From NCBI GenBank assembly GCA_964016885.1, contig OZ024741.1:99324001-99388000 (forward strand): DNA of 64,000 nt, written 5' to 3'. The DNA is from Eledone cirrhosa. Taxonomy: Eukaryota. The notes under the pieces are model-generated. The model searched no databases, was not told the origin of the DNA, and saw only the letters and a program-made list of their open reading frames with translations. Below, piece after piece: positions 14,852 to 27,384 of this stretch. The number at the start of each line of letters is the position of its first letter. Within the stretch, counting starts at the first letter, position 1. The translations under genes and the position numbers were made by a program.

Positions 14852-15036
14852 TAATTGTTTCTACTTTTGGCACAAGGCCAGCAATTATCCCAGTGTATTA
14901 CTGGTACTTTATTTTATCGACCCCGTAAGGATGAAAGGCAAAGTTAACCTCGGCGGGATTTGAACTCAGACCATAAAGGGCCGTAACTCTTTGCTGCAAA
15001 GCATGGCGTCCGACCCTCTACCGATACTGCCAATCC
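14852..15036 (-). mobile_element. Major tRNA-derived SINE
   Basis: Full-length match to the copies at 25608-25790 and 45108-45298. Confidence 0.85.
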
Positions 15037-15479
15037 ATCAAGTTAATAATAATTCTTTCTAACATTGGCACAAGACCAGAAATTTGGGGGGTTGTTGCAG
15101 CGCGTGTCACTGGGCATTGTCCACAGAAATGCTGCTCCCGAGGCTCAGCGCCTAACACCCTCCCCACCCTCGTCCTCTTTTGTGACACTAGAGCCCTTGC
15201 CTTTCCTCCCTTTTCCGTTTTCTTTTTATATTTTCATATTTTACAATCTATTCTTTCTTCTCAATCTATTTTCTTCTTTTTCTATTAAATTGTTTTTAAT
15301 ATTTATATATAAATGATTAAAATGAAATAAAATTTTAGAACACTTTGAAAAAAAAAATTATTATATCGACCCCGGAAGAATAAAAGGCAAAGTTGACCTA
15401 TTCAGGATTTGAACTCAGAACGTAGAAAGCATTTTGTCGAACTGATACTTCTAACATACTTCCTTTCAATAATCGATAT

Positions 15480-15695
15480 AGGCTTCTAATTTAAGCACAA
15501 GGTCAACAATTTAAAGGGGAGAGGAAAGTCAGTTAAATCGACCCCAGTGCGTTACTGGTACTTTATTTTATCGACCCCGTAAGGATGAAACGCAAAGCTA
15601 ATCTCGGCGGGATTTGAACTCAGAACGAAGAAAATCGTAACAATGTATCGCAGAGCATTTTGTCAGATGCTCAACTGATACTGTCAATACATGCC
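15480..15695 (-). mobile_element. Major SINE, older variant
   Basis: Shared B box and central domain. Confidence 0.7.
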
Positions 15696-15887
15696 CTCAA
15701 CTAATAATAATTACTCAATGTACATTTTCCATTGTTACTTGCTGTTTTCTTTATATATTTCACTCATGTGCTGACCCTGAAAGTCTCGGGCTCATGTAGC
15801 CATTTTTTTTTTAATTCTATTTATTATAAACCATAATGCGTCCTCGTTATTATTAATGCTCTAGTAGCCAATAAAAGAAATAATTGT

Positions 15888-16135
15888 CATTGGCAGTATC
15901 GGTAGAGCGTCGGACACTATGCTTCACGGCATAGTCACGGCCCTTTACGTTCTGAGTTCAAATCCCGCCGAGGTTAGCTTTGCCTTTCATCCTTACGGGA
16001 TCGATAAATAAAGCAAATGCACTGGGGTCCATAAATAGCACCAGTAATATAGTACCTGTAATGCACTGGAGTCGATTTAATCGACTTTCCCCTCCCCTTC
16101 AAATTGCTGGCCTTGTGCTAAAAGTAGAAACAATT
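15888..16135 (+). mobile_element. Major tRNA-derived SINE
   Basis: tggcagtatcgg (A box), gagttcaaatccc (B box), tail ...aaagtagaaacaatta. Confidence 0.85.
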
Positions 16136-16689
16136 ATTGTTATTATTATTACCATCATCATGTTCATTATTATTGTTATTGTTGTTATTTGAAAACGGAA
16201 AGAAAACAATTCGAAGTTTAATGTTTCAATGTTTGCATTGTGGTTCTCCCACCACCACCTCTCTTTTTTCACCATGCCATGATCATTCCACACAATTAAT
16301 CTGTCTCAGATAGTAAGGTGGCGTCTGCAACTTTACAACAACAACGACAACAACAACAACAAAAACAACAACCACAGCAACAACAACTACGACTCCTCCA
16401 AAACAATAATGTTAAAGGTAATAACAGCATCAAAAACAACAACAACAATGACAATAATAATAACATCATCAACAATAACAAAGATATCAACAACAATAGT
16501 GTCAGCCTTCGGGAATAATAACAACAGTAACAACATCATTTGTATGAATAACAACAGAAAGAACAGCAACAACGCTAAGTTTCAAAACAATGCTAAGTTC
16601 TGTATTTTTCTATATATATATATGTATTCATACGCTACGATTATATAGCTTCAAATTGATTTGGAAATTTGATGGGTAACCTATTGTTG

Positions 16690-16900
16690 TAATGGTTAAT
16701 ACGGTGGACATAATAGCCAAAGATGTGGGTTCGTGATCCGTCAATGCTCATCCTTTTTCCATTCTGTAGGTTTAATAACTCTAACTATTAGGCTAATTTA
16801 TTTAGTCAAAAATACGGCGGAAGCTCTATTTCACTATCTAATTGTCCGCTATTTGTAAACAAATCTAATTTTCAAAACAACGCTAAGATCTGTATCTTAT
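16690..16900 (+). mobile_element. Diverged monomer related to the palindromic element arms
   Basis: ccaaagatgtgggttcgtg...tcatccttttt...tttagtcaaaaatacggc matches the arms at 7820-7980. Confidence 0.6.
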
Positions 16901-17149
16901 ATATATATATTTAGAGAAAGAGAGAATTGAAAATTTGGCAAACGGATACAGCGAAAACCAAACAGAAGTACAAGACCAGACGAATAAAGGACGAGATGGT
17001 ATGTAGACGATACAAAACTGGTAACATAAACAAGACTAACAACTCCGTGACTGTCTAAATGGACACAGTTCAGCCACTACCGACAGTACTGTATTATAAG
17101 ATAACTAAACACAGTACTGTCAAAACTAAACACTCTTATGTCTTTTTTT

Positions 17150-17685
17150 TTTTAACTGGAGGATAAAATTCATCGGACGGTGATCCCCGACATGCACTTG
17201 ATAGATTTGCTGCCGAGTGCTAAGTGGCATGAATGAAAATTATTGCCGAGAAGACTGAGACACTCATCCCCACAAGCCTGCACAGTGCACTATACATGTG
17301 AATTGAATTCCACAGAAGCAGGTGGAGAAGTTCAAGTATCTCGAGACCATTTTCACGAGTGGTGGAAAGCAAGAGGCTGAATTAAGTATAAGAGTCGCAC
17401 TAGGTAACGGCTCTACTTCTCCGAAATGATAGGTCACAGCTCCGATACTACGAATATGTGGTTAGAATGTCTTACGAAAGAAACACTGGGCAGATTTTAC
17501 TCCCAAAACCAACCGGCAGGAGACCCAGAGATAGACCTCGAGCAAAATGGATGGATAACACCCATGAGCTTGGCTGGTCACGCTTGAGAATCCTGTCAGA
17601 TCAATTGTTGCTTCTGACAGGACCCGGTGGAAGGCGTGTTTGACGAATCTGCCTCCATGACCGCCCCAAGAAGAAGAAGAAGACG
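17150..17685 (+). mobile_element. RTE-clade LINE 3' fragment, decayed
   Basis: C-terminal motif LLPKPTGRRPRDRPRAKWMD...LGWSRL, an upstream VEKFKYL-like RT segment and a (GAA)n tail. Confidence 0.75.
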
Positions 17686-17852
17686 ATGACAACATAAATA
17701 GATAGAAGTGAAGTATATGAATCGAATCATATTTGACCAAGAATGGAATGGCCAGTTAGACTCATAGAGACAAAAATATCATTCATATATTGTCTGATGA
17801 AGATCGAATTCGACAAAGGAAATGCGTATATATACTAAAGCTATATATATAT

Positions 17853-18279
17853 CGGTGCGCCTGGCCGACTGAACTCACTCGATATGCAAATTAGGCTGCT
17901 CAGCCGTTAATTTTCATAAGGAAAGTATATACGTTCGGACGTTCAACCATCTGGCAGAAAGGTATACGGTGCTGACGATAGCTAATAAGCTTGAAACTAG
18001 TACATCGTTCCTGTGTCAATGTTGAACAAAAAGGTGACGTGGTTGCCTAAACACTGTACGGCGTAATTCAGGCTGTTTGTTTGTTTACAAACGAACAAAC
18101 CGAGCATTATAATAAATGTTCGGTAAACTGATACGTGCATATATATATGTGTGCCTGTATGTATATATATACATGCTACTGTACGTCTGTATACATATAT
18201 GTATGTACGTATACATACATACTTACGTAAGTGCCGTACTAAGAGTGAGAAATGAAATTTCGTTTCATTCTATTCCATT

Positions 18280-18280
<1 letters not shown>
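17853..18280 (+). mobile_element. Short non-coding element carrying a hammerhead ribozyme
   Basis: Bounded by (TA)n; second copy at 8048-8306. Confidence 0.6.
17966..18008 (+). ncRNA. Minimal type I hammerhead ribozyme, complete core
   Basis: acggtg-CTGACGA-t-agct(aata)agct-t-GAAA-ctag-TA-catcgt: 6-bp stem I, palindromic stem III, GUA triplet. Confidence 0.8.
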
Positions 18281-18312
<32 letters not shown>

Positions 18313-18391
18313 AATATAAACGTAACGAATATCGCTGATAATTGTGCTGTGATGGCGATGAACTTGTTTTGCAAGGTTTTGTATCATAGTA

Positions 18392-18431
18392 TCACTGATG
18401 ACATCACAGATGTGTGACGAAAGAATTCTGA
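18392..18431 (+). ncRNA. Hammerhead ribozyme related to the Penelope one at 31691
   Basis: tca-CTGATGA-c-atcaca(gatg)tgtgac-GAAA-gaat-TC-tga; downstream sequence is related to 21050-21250. Confidence 0.65.
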
Positions 18432-18581
18432 GAGACTATGTATATATATTTATATCTATATTGTAAACTTTTGGTAAATCAATGATAAACATTGATTGCC
18501 AGCTAAATTAACTATAAGGATATATGATATACAAAAGCGAAAACCAACCCAAACCAAAGAGTGAGTGTGTTTTATTATATA

Positions 18582-18610
18582 CTAGTAACAGGACCCGGCG
18601 TTTCACGGGT
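18582..18610 (-). mobile_element. Possible Helitron 3' terminus
   Basis: Minus strand hairpin acccg(tgaaacgc)cgggt, 7 nt, then CTAG followed by T. A similar decayed end is at 541-570 (+). Confidence 0.4.
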
Positions 18611-18974
18611 AGGAAACGTGAAATAGCAATACGCATATGCAAAGATTGAGGAATGTAGCTGTGTACTTTTTGAATTCCCTTATTCTCAGGGAATGATTGT
18701 TCATCTACTGGAAACGTAGAACACCAACAGGCGGAATCCAGTAGTAGCAGGTCAGTGGGCTGATTGCGGAAATCCTGTATGCGAAAGGATTAAGTATTGT
18801 GGGGCAATTTATGTCGTAAGTCTGTTCAGGAATTACGCCACGGATGGGGAACACGTCAGTCTGAAGGAGCGACGTAGCCAATTGTGTATGTGTGCGTGTA
18901 CACAAACGCACGCACACATAATTCTTTATGACAAAATATTTAATGTGTTAAAATATATCTCTTTATATCTTATA

Positions 18975-19053
18975 CAGGGTGTCCCCAAAAAATGTATATA
19001 AATATTTATTAGAATGCCGTTTAAGTATGTATACATTTTTGGGGGACACCCTG
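18975..19053. mobile_element. Tc1/mariner-type MITE
   Basis: TIRs cagggtgtccccaaaaaatgtata / tatacatttttgggggacaccctg, flanked by TA. Confidence 0.8.
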
Positions 19054-19529
19054 TATATATTTACGCGTATGTGTGTACGTGTATATATGCATGTATATAT
19101 ATATATATATATATGTGTATGTACGGATTGAAGGATTGGCGGATGGGTGTACGTATTTGTATGTAGGTTCTTTTGTAGGCGGGCACAGACGCCAGCGTAT
19201 AAAAGTAAGATCAAACATATCTGGTTGCCTGAAGGGGTGTATACACGCGCATGTGTGTATATGAATTTATGTGTGTATGTCTGTGTGTCCACACGCGCGC
19301 AAATTTTGCAGCATTAAAACAGTTATTAGAATTGAAAGTGTGCCCGTGGGTATGCAACTGTGGTATGGTGGGTATGTGCGTATATATATATATATATATA
19401 CGCACATATATATATACGCACATATATATATACGTATATATATACGCACATACCCACCATATATATATATACATATATATATACGTATATATACATACAG
19501 ACACATATATGTACATTTATATACATATA

Positions 19530-19561
<32 letters not shown>

Positions 19562-19668
19562 CAGACACATATATATATACATTTATGTACATACACATAT
19601 ATATACGTACATACATACATACATGCACACATACATATGTGCGTGTATGTGCTCGCATGCACGCGCCC

Positions 19669-19707
<39 letters not shown>

Positions 19708-20100
19708 TGTCTGTCTGTGTCTGTGTGTGTGTGTGTGTGTATTTATTGTGGATAACAGCTGTAGTACGTACGGTTCTGTTAACGAAGATATACGAGTCGA
19801 TTAGACGTCTTTAGAGATAAGTAATTGCATGGAATTTCGGAGCCAAAATACCAAACCTGACAGAGTAGGAAGGAGGCGAGTTAATGATTGCATTGTGTCG
19901 AGAGGATCAGTGGTTGGCTTACCCAGACAAGTACCCAGAGAGATATCTTTACCCCTTACCTGAACTGTTCATATCACTAGAGATGTAGGAGAACTTGTAT
20001 AGATTTAAAGAAACTATTAAATATTTCTGATAATAATCTCAAGTTATTTTGATTTTTCGTTTGTTTAGGTCGGGAAAGGCGGTATTATTTTTGGATTTAT

Positions 20101-20282
20101 ATTGGCAGTATCGGTAGAAGGTCGGACGCCATGTTTGCAGCAAAGAGTTACGGCCCTTTATGGTCCGAGTTCAAATCCTGCCGAGGTTAACTTTTCCTTT
20201 CATCCTTAAGGGGTCGATAAAATAAAGTACCAGTAAAGCACTGGGATAATTGCTGGCCTTGTGCCAAAAGTAGAAACAATTA
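20101..20282 (+). mobile_element. Major tRNA-derived SINE
   Basis: Full-length match to the other copies. Confidence 0.85.
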
Positions 20283-20399
20283 TTTTTGGATTTATACACA
20301 TTTGTGTTTGTGTATGTGTCTGTGTATGTGTATGCATGGATTCATACACGGACACAGACACACATGCATTCATACATATATATAAGCAAATATATACTT

Positions 20400-20477
<78 letters not shown>

Positions 20478-20783
20478 GTGCGTGTATGTGTATGTTGGGC
20501 CTCCATTTGTTCCGATGACAAATGTTTAAGTTTTTCAAACAATGTAAAAGCTTGTACATGAAATTTCCATGCAAGTGGCCGAGCATTCGACTGATACATG
20601 CACACTTACTTCTCTAGAAGATTCAACAGGACACAGTGTGGAACAAGGCTGACTTTCTGGAGCAACGTGTAATAAAGTGTCTTGCTCAATGACACAATGT
20701 GCCGCCGGGAATTGAATAGCCTAACAATTTAACCACACACCATCACATACATTTACACACATGCATATTTACACGCACGCACA

Positions 20784-20901
<118 letters not shown>

Positions 20902-20906
20902 TATAT

Positions 20907-20999
<93 letters not shown>

Positions 21000-21050
21000 T
21001 ATATACACACACACACATATATATATATAAATATATATATATACACATAT

Positions 21051-21252
21051 ATTGTTATATTTGGGGAGGGTCATGTTGTTATAATATAGCCAGAAATATA
21101 TAATAAAACACACTCACTGTTTCGTTTGATTTGGTTTTCCATATATTTTGTATCCCTATAGTTAATTTAGCTGGCAATCAACATGAACCTCTCCAAATAT
21201 AACAATTTTTGTTTCAACACACGATTTCATATCAAAATCCTTGCAAAACAAT
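21051..21252. repeat. Penelope-related terminal fragments in inverted arrangement
   Basis: attgttatatttggggagggtcatgttg / caacatgaacctctccaaatataacaat matches the termini at 30431-30460 and 31874-31930. Confidence 0.65.
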
Positions 21253-21268
21253 TATTATATATATATAT

Positions 21269-21982
21269 AATAGTATATGTAGAAATAAACACAGTAAATT
21301 GTGTGTCTAAAATTACGAGGGTTACATTGGTTTGATAAATTTAACCTGAAGCAAACGTAAGATATATATAATATATAATATATATATATATACAGACCGT
21401 CTCAATAACTATTTCATCTCTCGGCCAGATTAGAGATTTAATCTGTTTCGTTTGTTGTGTTTGTAACAGATAATCCGTAGGCTTTCCTCAGCGAGAGATA
21501 AGATCAAATGGAACAAACACATACAACTACAAGCCACACGAATGAATATCTCACCTCGTGCGTTGGACGTTAGAAGTGGTGTGAGTGGATATGCTAGAAA
21601 TAATAGCCTTAATACACCCAACGTATAAGCTCAACTATTTAGGGAGCCTAAATACAAATAAAATACAGAGTTACTAACTCATATTGATACCCTGTAATTA
21701 ACAAGCTCAAAGTATAAATACTGAGCACTATATAATAGTATATGTAGAAATAAACACAGTAAATTGTGTGTTTAAAATTACGAGGGTTGAAATACCACAT
21801 TGGTTTGATAAATTTAACCTGAAGCAAAAGTAAGATGTATAAAATATATATACAGACCGTCTCAATAACTATTTCATCTCTCGCACAGATTAGAGATTTA
21901 ATGTTTCGCCCTGAAAGTTGTGTTTGTAACAGATAATCCGTAGTTAATTACAAGATATCAATATGAGTTAGTAACTCTGTAT

Positions 21983-21990
<8 letters not shown>
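21269..21990 (-). repeat. Partial tandem repeat (unit about 466 bp) with hammerhead and a short terminal inversion
   Basis: 21269-21480 is repeated at 21735-21943; 21943-21990 is the reverse complement of 21655-21703. Confidence 0.8.
21416..21499 (-). ncRNA. Hammerhead ribozyme with full stem III and mutated cleavage site
   Basis: atctctcg-CTGAGGA-...-GAAA-cagatta(aatctc)taatctg-GC-cgagagat; the second unit has TG at the same site, implying an ancestral GUC. Confidence 0.6.
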
Positions 21991-22013
<23 letters not shown>

Positions 22014-22025
22014 CATTTCTTTAAA

Positions 22026-22056
<31 letters not shown>

Positions 22057-22963
22057 TATTTTAAATGACAATACAAATACAGGGATGAAAAACACAAAGT
22101 TTTATTAGTATCACGTTTAGGAGGAAGTAGAGGAGAGTTCGGCGCTTCAGACATAACTCCTTCCTCGGGAAATGGACAGTTCGGAGAGAGAGAAGTTAGA
22201 ACGAGTGGTCTGGACTTCGGGAGTGGAGGCCGAGGTGGAGAGTCCAAGTGTGCCATGGGGTGGTTATGTATGTGCCGATGGCGTGAAGTTCGAATATTTG
22301 TGTATATATCAATGAATCAATCAAGTTCTTCTAAATTGTTCAGCCAGGTATTGGGGTAACAATCTAGACGTTTGACTGTGTGTCCATCGTGACATTTCAA
22401 TGGTCCTTAAAGATGTTTAGTTGTGCCTATCTTCCATCCAGACTCCACTCCCTCATCAAGTTTAGTCTGCTAGAAACATTTCCTGGGACCAATGTAAGAA
22501 TCATGTAAGAACCCGTATACCCGTTTTATAATAATGCTTCTTCGAATCCTGGATAATGGTTTGTCCGTTATTGAATTAGCGTTTTTTTTGTCGTGGTGGT
22601 GGTGGTGGTGGCGCGGGGGGGGGGGGGGGGGGGGGGGGGTTCAAATCTATTCACTCTATATTCAAAGAAATTGTAGATAACGCTATGACTAGTATTTCTT
22701 AAAATCGTTTCACTCAACTTTCAAAAAGACATAGGATAACTATACGTCCAATTTTGAAATAATGATGATTTATATCTTGAATAGTGGTACATCTGCTATT
22801 CCAATAACATTTCTTCAAATCACTTCACTCTATTTGTAAAGGAACATCATATAACGCTATGTCTAGTATTGAAATAATTTATTTAAAGGTGCGTCAATGA
22901 ATATTAAGCTATTATTACTGACTGCTCGAGCCACGGCTTAGTAGTTCTCTAGTTAGGCTAAAG

Positions 22964-23085
22964 CAGTGGTTCCCAAAGTGGCTATATTTATATTACGAGC
23001 ATATAACAGTATTAGACTCTGGGGCTTCCCCAAACGTTTCTGAACCAAAAAGGGTTCCTCATTTGAAAAAGTTTGGGAAATCCTG
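22964..23085. mobile_element. hAT (Charlie-like) MITE
   Basis: cagtggttcccaaa...tttgggaaatcctg; same family as 47455-47622 in the opposite orientation. Confidence 0.65.
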
Positions 23086-23640
23086 AGCTAGTGTATTGTA
23101 GCAAACATTCCAATTGTGACCATCCTGTCTTCATTCCTGGAACACTACATATAGGACCACGTCGTCTAATGTGTTCTGTTTTTGAGGTGTCTTAAGGTGT
23201 TGTTTTTGTTGTTGTTGTTGTTTTGTTTTGTTTGTTTGGGGTGGGGCATTTGTTTGTTTTCTTTTAGGGGGGGACAAGTGCCAGATGTCAGGACCATTCA
23301 CCCGACTACGAGTGGAACCTGTCCGACCTACAGTTGGTCAGCAGGAGATCAATATGCGCCGAACCAATATAGATAGGCCAGTAAAGGTATGGTGAAGGAT
23401 TTTTCCAGCAGTGGATCAAAAGTAGCTAAATACGATATCATATGGCTGCTATTTCTAGCAGATTGAGGCAACCACTCGTTTGTTTTGACAATGGTAATGG
23501 TGAATGTTATGTCTATGGTAATGTGTGTAGCTGTTATTTGTTGTTTAGCCCAAAGTCAGCTTTGCTCAAAGGTATTCCAGCCATAACTATCTTGTTATTC
23601 ATTCGGATATAGTGATTGTATCTATGACAACATTATCTAA

Positions 23641-24090
23641 TGTTGGTGGTGTTGGTGTTGTTGGTGGTGGTGGTTGTGTTGGTGGTGGTGGTGTTGGTGG
23701 TGGTGGTTGTGTTGGTGTTGGTGTTGGTGGTGGTGGTTGTGGTGGTGGTGGTGGTGGTTGTGTTGGTGTTGGTGTTGGTGGTGATGTTGGTGGTGTTGGT
23801 GTTGGTGGTGGTGTTGGTGGTGGTGGTGGTGGTGTTAGTGTTGTTGGTGGTGGTGGTTGTGTTGGTGGTGGTGGTGTTGGTGGTGGTGGTTGTGTTGGTG
23901 TTGGTGGTGGTGGTGGTTGTGTTGGTGTTGGTCGTGATGTTGGTGATGGTGGTGGTGTTGGTGTTGGTGGTAGTGTTGGTGGTGGTGTTGGTGTCGGTGG
24001 TGGCGTTGGTGGTGGTGTTGGTGTTGGTGGTGGTGGTGGTGGTGGTGATGGTGGTGGTGGTGGTGGTGGTGGTGGTTGTGGTGGAGGATG
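23641..24090. repeat. (GGT/GTT)n degenerate microsatellite
   Basis: Seen directly. Confidence 0.9.
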
Positions 24091-24901
24091 AAGATGAGTA
24101 AGTTAGAGATGTAGAAATGATATGTGTGGTATGGGTGAGGATAAAAGATCACACAGTCGACCGAATAGCAACCAGATACAGTCTACCTTATCAACGCCCT
24201 CACTTTCTTACCTGGATGATGATTTAATATGACAACAACAGCAACAACAACAGCAACTACAACAGTAACTGCAGTAACAGCAGCAACAGCAACTACAACA
24301 GCAACAACAACAACAACAACAACAGCAACAACAACAGCACAGCAACAACAACAGCAACTACAACAATAACATACAAGCCTGGCTAAATGAAAACAAGGAA
24401 GGAAGAGAAAAGTGAAATAAAGAAGGAAGGAAGGAAGGAAGGAAGGAAGGAAGGAAGAGGAAATAAGAAAGGAAGTGTTTTAGAGATGAATGTCTAGCTG
24501 AGAACATCTGGGAACTATTGAGAGTGTGAGAGAGAGGGAAATAGTTGGAGAGAGAGGGGAGTAAGAATGGAAGAGTAAGAGAGAGAGTATAGGGAAAGTG
24601 AGAGAGGCAAAGAGACAGACAAATAAGTAGAATAGGAGAGAGACCGAGACAGACAGACAGACAGACAGACTGATACAGATAGGCAGATTGAGAGAGAGAG
24701 AAAAATAAAGAGAGAGGGAGAGGGGGGGAGAAAGACATAAAGACAGATATGCTGGTAGAATGAAATAGGAGAGAGATATAGAAATAAAGAGAGTGACAGA
24801 TAAGTCGCGGGCAGAAAGACAGACAGATATGCCGAATAATGGAGAGCGCCAGACAGACAGACAAATTGAGAGAGAGAGAGAGAGCGAGAGAGAGAGAGAG
24901 G

Positions 24902-24945
<44 letters not shown>

Positions 24946-24947
24946 GG

Positions 24948-24997
<50 letters not shown>

Positions 24998-25371
24998 TAT
25001 GCAGGCGGCAGAATGAAATTGAAGGAGAGAAATATATATATATAATTGTATAAGACTATTTTGAGTTTATAACTCAATCTATGATGTATATATATATATA
25101 TATATATAAGACTATACAGAGCATTTGAAGTTTTTCCAAATTGAAGGATGAGTATTTTAAACTTTATTTTATCATGAGTTAAGGCTCTATTGATTTTTCC
25201 CTGGATTTCACTAAATTCTGTGGATGAATTTATATCCTGATTCTCTTTAAGATGAGTTTGAATTAATTTTCCCACATCTTACGTTAACTATTTTCCCCAT
25301 TTTGACGCTATAGTCACTTATATATTATGGAATGCTGTTGGCTTTTCGCTGCAGTGTTTTCTATACCTTTC

Positions 25372-25402
<31 letters not shown>

Positions 25403-25492
25403 GGAGGTGAGTTTTATTGTAGTACAATAAAGCAATGCAGATATCGGATGCACTATTCACAAGTATTTTTTAACCTTCATATTATGACTCCC

Positions 25493-25560
25493 TATTTTAT
25501 CTGACGAAAACGCAAATGTTATTGCATGATATTTGTTTTTGAAATGCGCATAATAAAATA
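25493..25560 (+). ncRNA. Type I hammerhead ribozyme, complete core
   Basis: tattttat-CTGACGA-aaacgcaaatgtta(ttgca)tgatatttgttttt-GAAA-tgcgca-TA-ataaaata: 8-bp stem I, palindromic stem III. Confidence 0.8.
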
Positions 25561-25607
25561 CATGGAACTCTTTTAACCATCTTTTGATCTTATATATTAT
25601 ATATATA

Positions 25608-25790
25608 TAATTGTTTCTACTTTAGGCACAAGGCCACCAATTACCCAGTGCATTACTGGTACTTTATTTTATCGACCCCGTAAGGATGAAAGGCAAAGTC
25701 AACCTCGGCGGGATTTGAACTCAGATCGTAAAGGGACGTAACTATGCTGGAAAGCATGGCGTCCGACCCTCTACCGATACTGCCAATCCA
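25608..25790 (-). mobile_element. Major tRNA-derived SINE, young copy
   Basis: Near-identical to 45108-45298 and 55372-55561. Confidence 0.85.
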
Positions 25791-25912
25791 CTTATATATA
25801 TATATAATGCGACGAAATATCAATGATGGTTGGCAAATCACTGACGAAGGACTAATTTTATCATATGTAACCCATGTGCAACCACGCAGTATTCTTCTTT
25901 CTTCTCATGTTT

Positions 25913-25969
<57 letters not shown>

Positions 25970-26012
25970 TAATTCAAAATATTAACAAAATAGATATTCT
26001 TGTGATCAAGTA

Positions 26013-26079
26013 TATTTTATTATACATATTTCAGAGGTACTGATTTAAGTTCAACAGTACGTCCTCATCAGATAAAATA
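26013..26079 (-). ncRNA. Type I hammerhead ribozyme
   Basis: tattttat-CTGATGA-ggacgtactg...cagtacctct-GAAA-tatgta-TA-ataaaata. Confidence 0.75.
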
Positions 26080-26172
26080 AGATGATGCATGACATACCCT
26101 GACATAGTAGATGGTTAAGATTCAGTTGTAAAACTCATTCTTTGATGTATTCATTGAACCTTGTTTAACTTT

Positions 26173-26212
<40 letters not shown>

Positions 26213-26390
26213 AAGGTTAAACAAGGTTCAATGAATAAATCACACGCACCCTCTGTATTATATGTATTATATGTAAGTGTTTTCATGTCTCAATCTTAAG
26301 GTATATAAATATTGAGTTTTGTCATATCTTACTCACTACCATGACTGGATCTTAACCATCTACTATGTCAGGGTATGTCATGCATCATCT

Positions 26391-26457
26391 TATTTTATCT
26401 GATGAGGACGTACCGTTGAAGTTAGCTCAGTACTTCTGAAATATGTATAATAAAATA
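26391..26457 (+). ncRNA. Type I hammerhead ribozyme
   Basis: tattttat-CTGATGA-ggacgtac...gtacttct-GAAA-tatgta-TA-ataaaata. Confidence 0.75.
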
Positions 26458-27384
26458 TACTTGATCACAAGAAGTTCTATTTTTGTTAATATTTTGAATT
26501 TATATATATATATAGAGAGAGAGAGAGGGGGGGGGGACAGACAGACTGATACAGACAGGCAGATTGAGAGAGAGAGACAGATAGACAGATATGCAGGCAG
26601 AATGAAATAGAAAGAGAGAAATACAGAAAGAGAAAGGGAGAGACAGACAGAAAGACAGACATATGCAGAATAAAAGAAAGACCAGTCAGACAGACAGACA
26701 GACGAACGAAGACTGACAGACTGAGAGAGAGAGAGAGAGAGAGAGTGTGTGTGTGTGTGTGTGTGTGTGTGCCGTAGAGAGAGAGGGGTGAGAGGGTGGG
26801 AATTATGCAGGATGAGATACAATAGAAGAAAAATGGCGGGGTGGAGGTGAAGAGAATAAGGGGTGATAGATAGCGGGAAAGGAAAGGTTAGTGAAGTGGG
26901 TGATATGATTCGGGGTAAGGCCGGGTAGCCGGGTGTCTAGGAAGAAGAGATAATAGGGTGTAAGGAAATAATAGAAATATGTGGGTAAAGGGTCGGAGTT
27001 GGGGGGTTGAAACAAAAGCAATGATGGTAGGTAGGTAGAGAGGGTGGATGGAAGGGGTAAGTAGCTATAGTAGGTTTTGTTGTGGGTAATGGGGTGGGTA
27101 AAAGGGTATGCTGGCGTGTGGGTGTATGGTGTGGGGTGTAGGTGTGGGGTATAGGTGTGGGGGTATAGGTGTGGGGAGGTATAGATGTGGGGGTATGGGT
27201 GGGGGCGTAGGTGTAGGGGTATAGGTGTGGGGAGGTATAGATGTGGGGGTATGGGTGGGGGTGTAGGTGTGTGTGTGTGGGGGGGGGGGGGGGGGATACT
27301 AAATGAAATAAAAACAAATAATGCAGGTAAACAATAATACTGGAATGATAAAAAAAATGAAAAAGATATTCTGATATTTCCGAT

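Larger units (their letters stand above)
25971..26500. repeat. Large imperfect palindrome of two divergent hammerhead-bearing units around a (TA)n core
   Basis: 25971-26125 is the reverse complement of 26345-26500, and 26147-26176 of 26208-26237. Confidence 0.85.
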
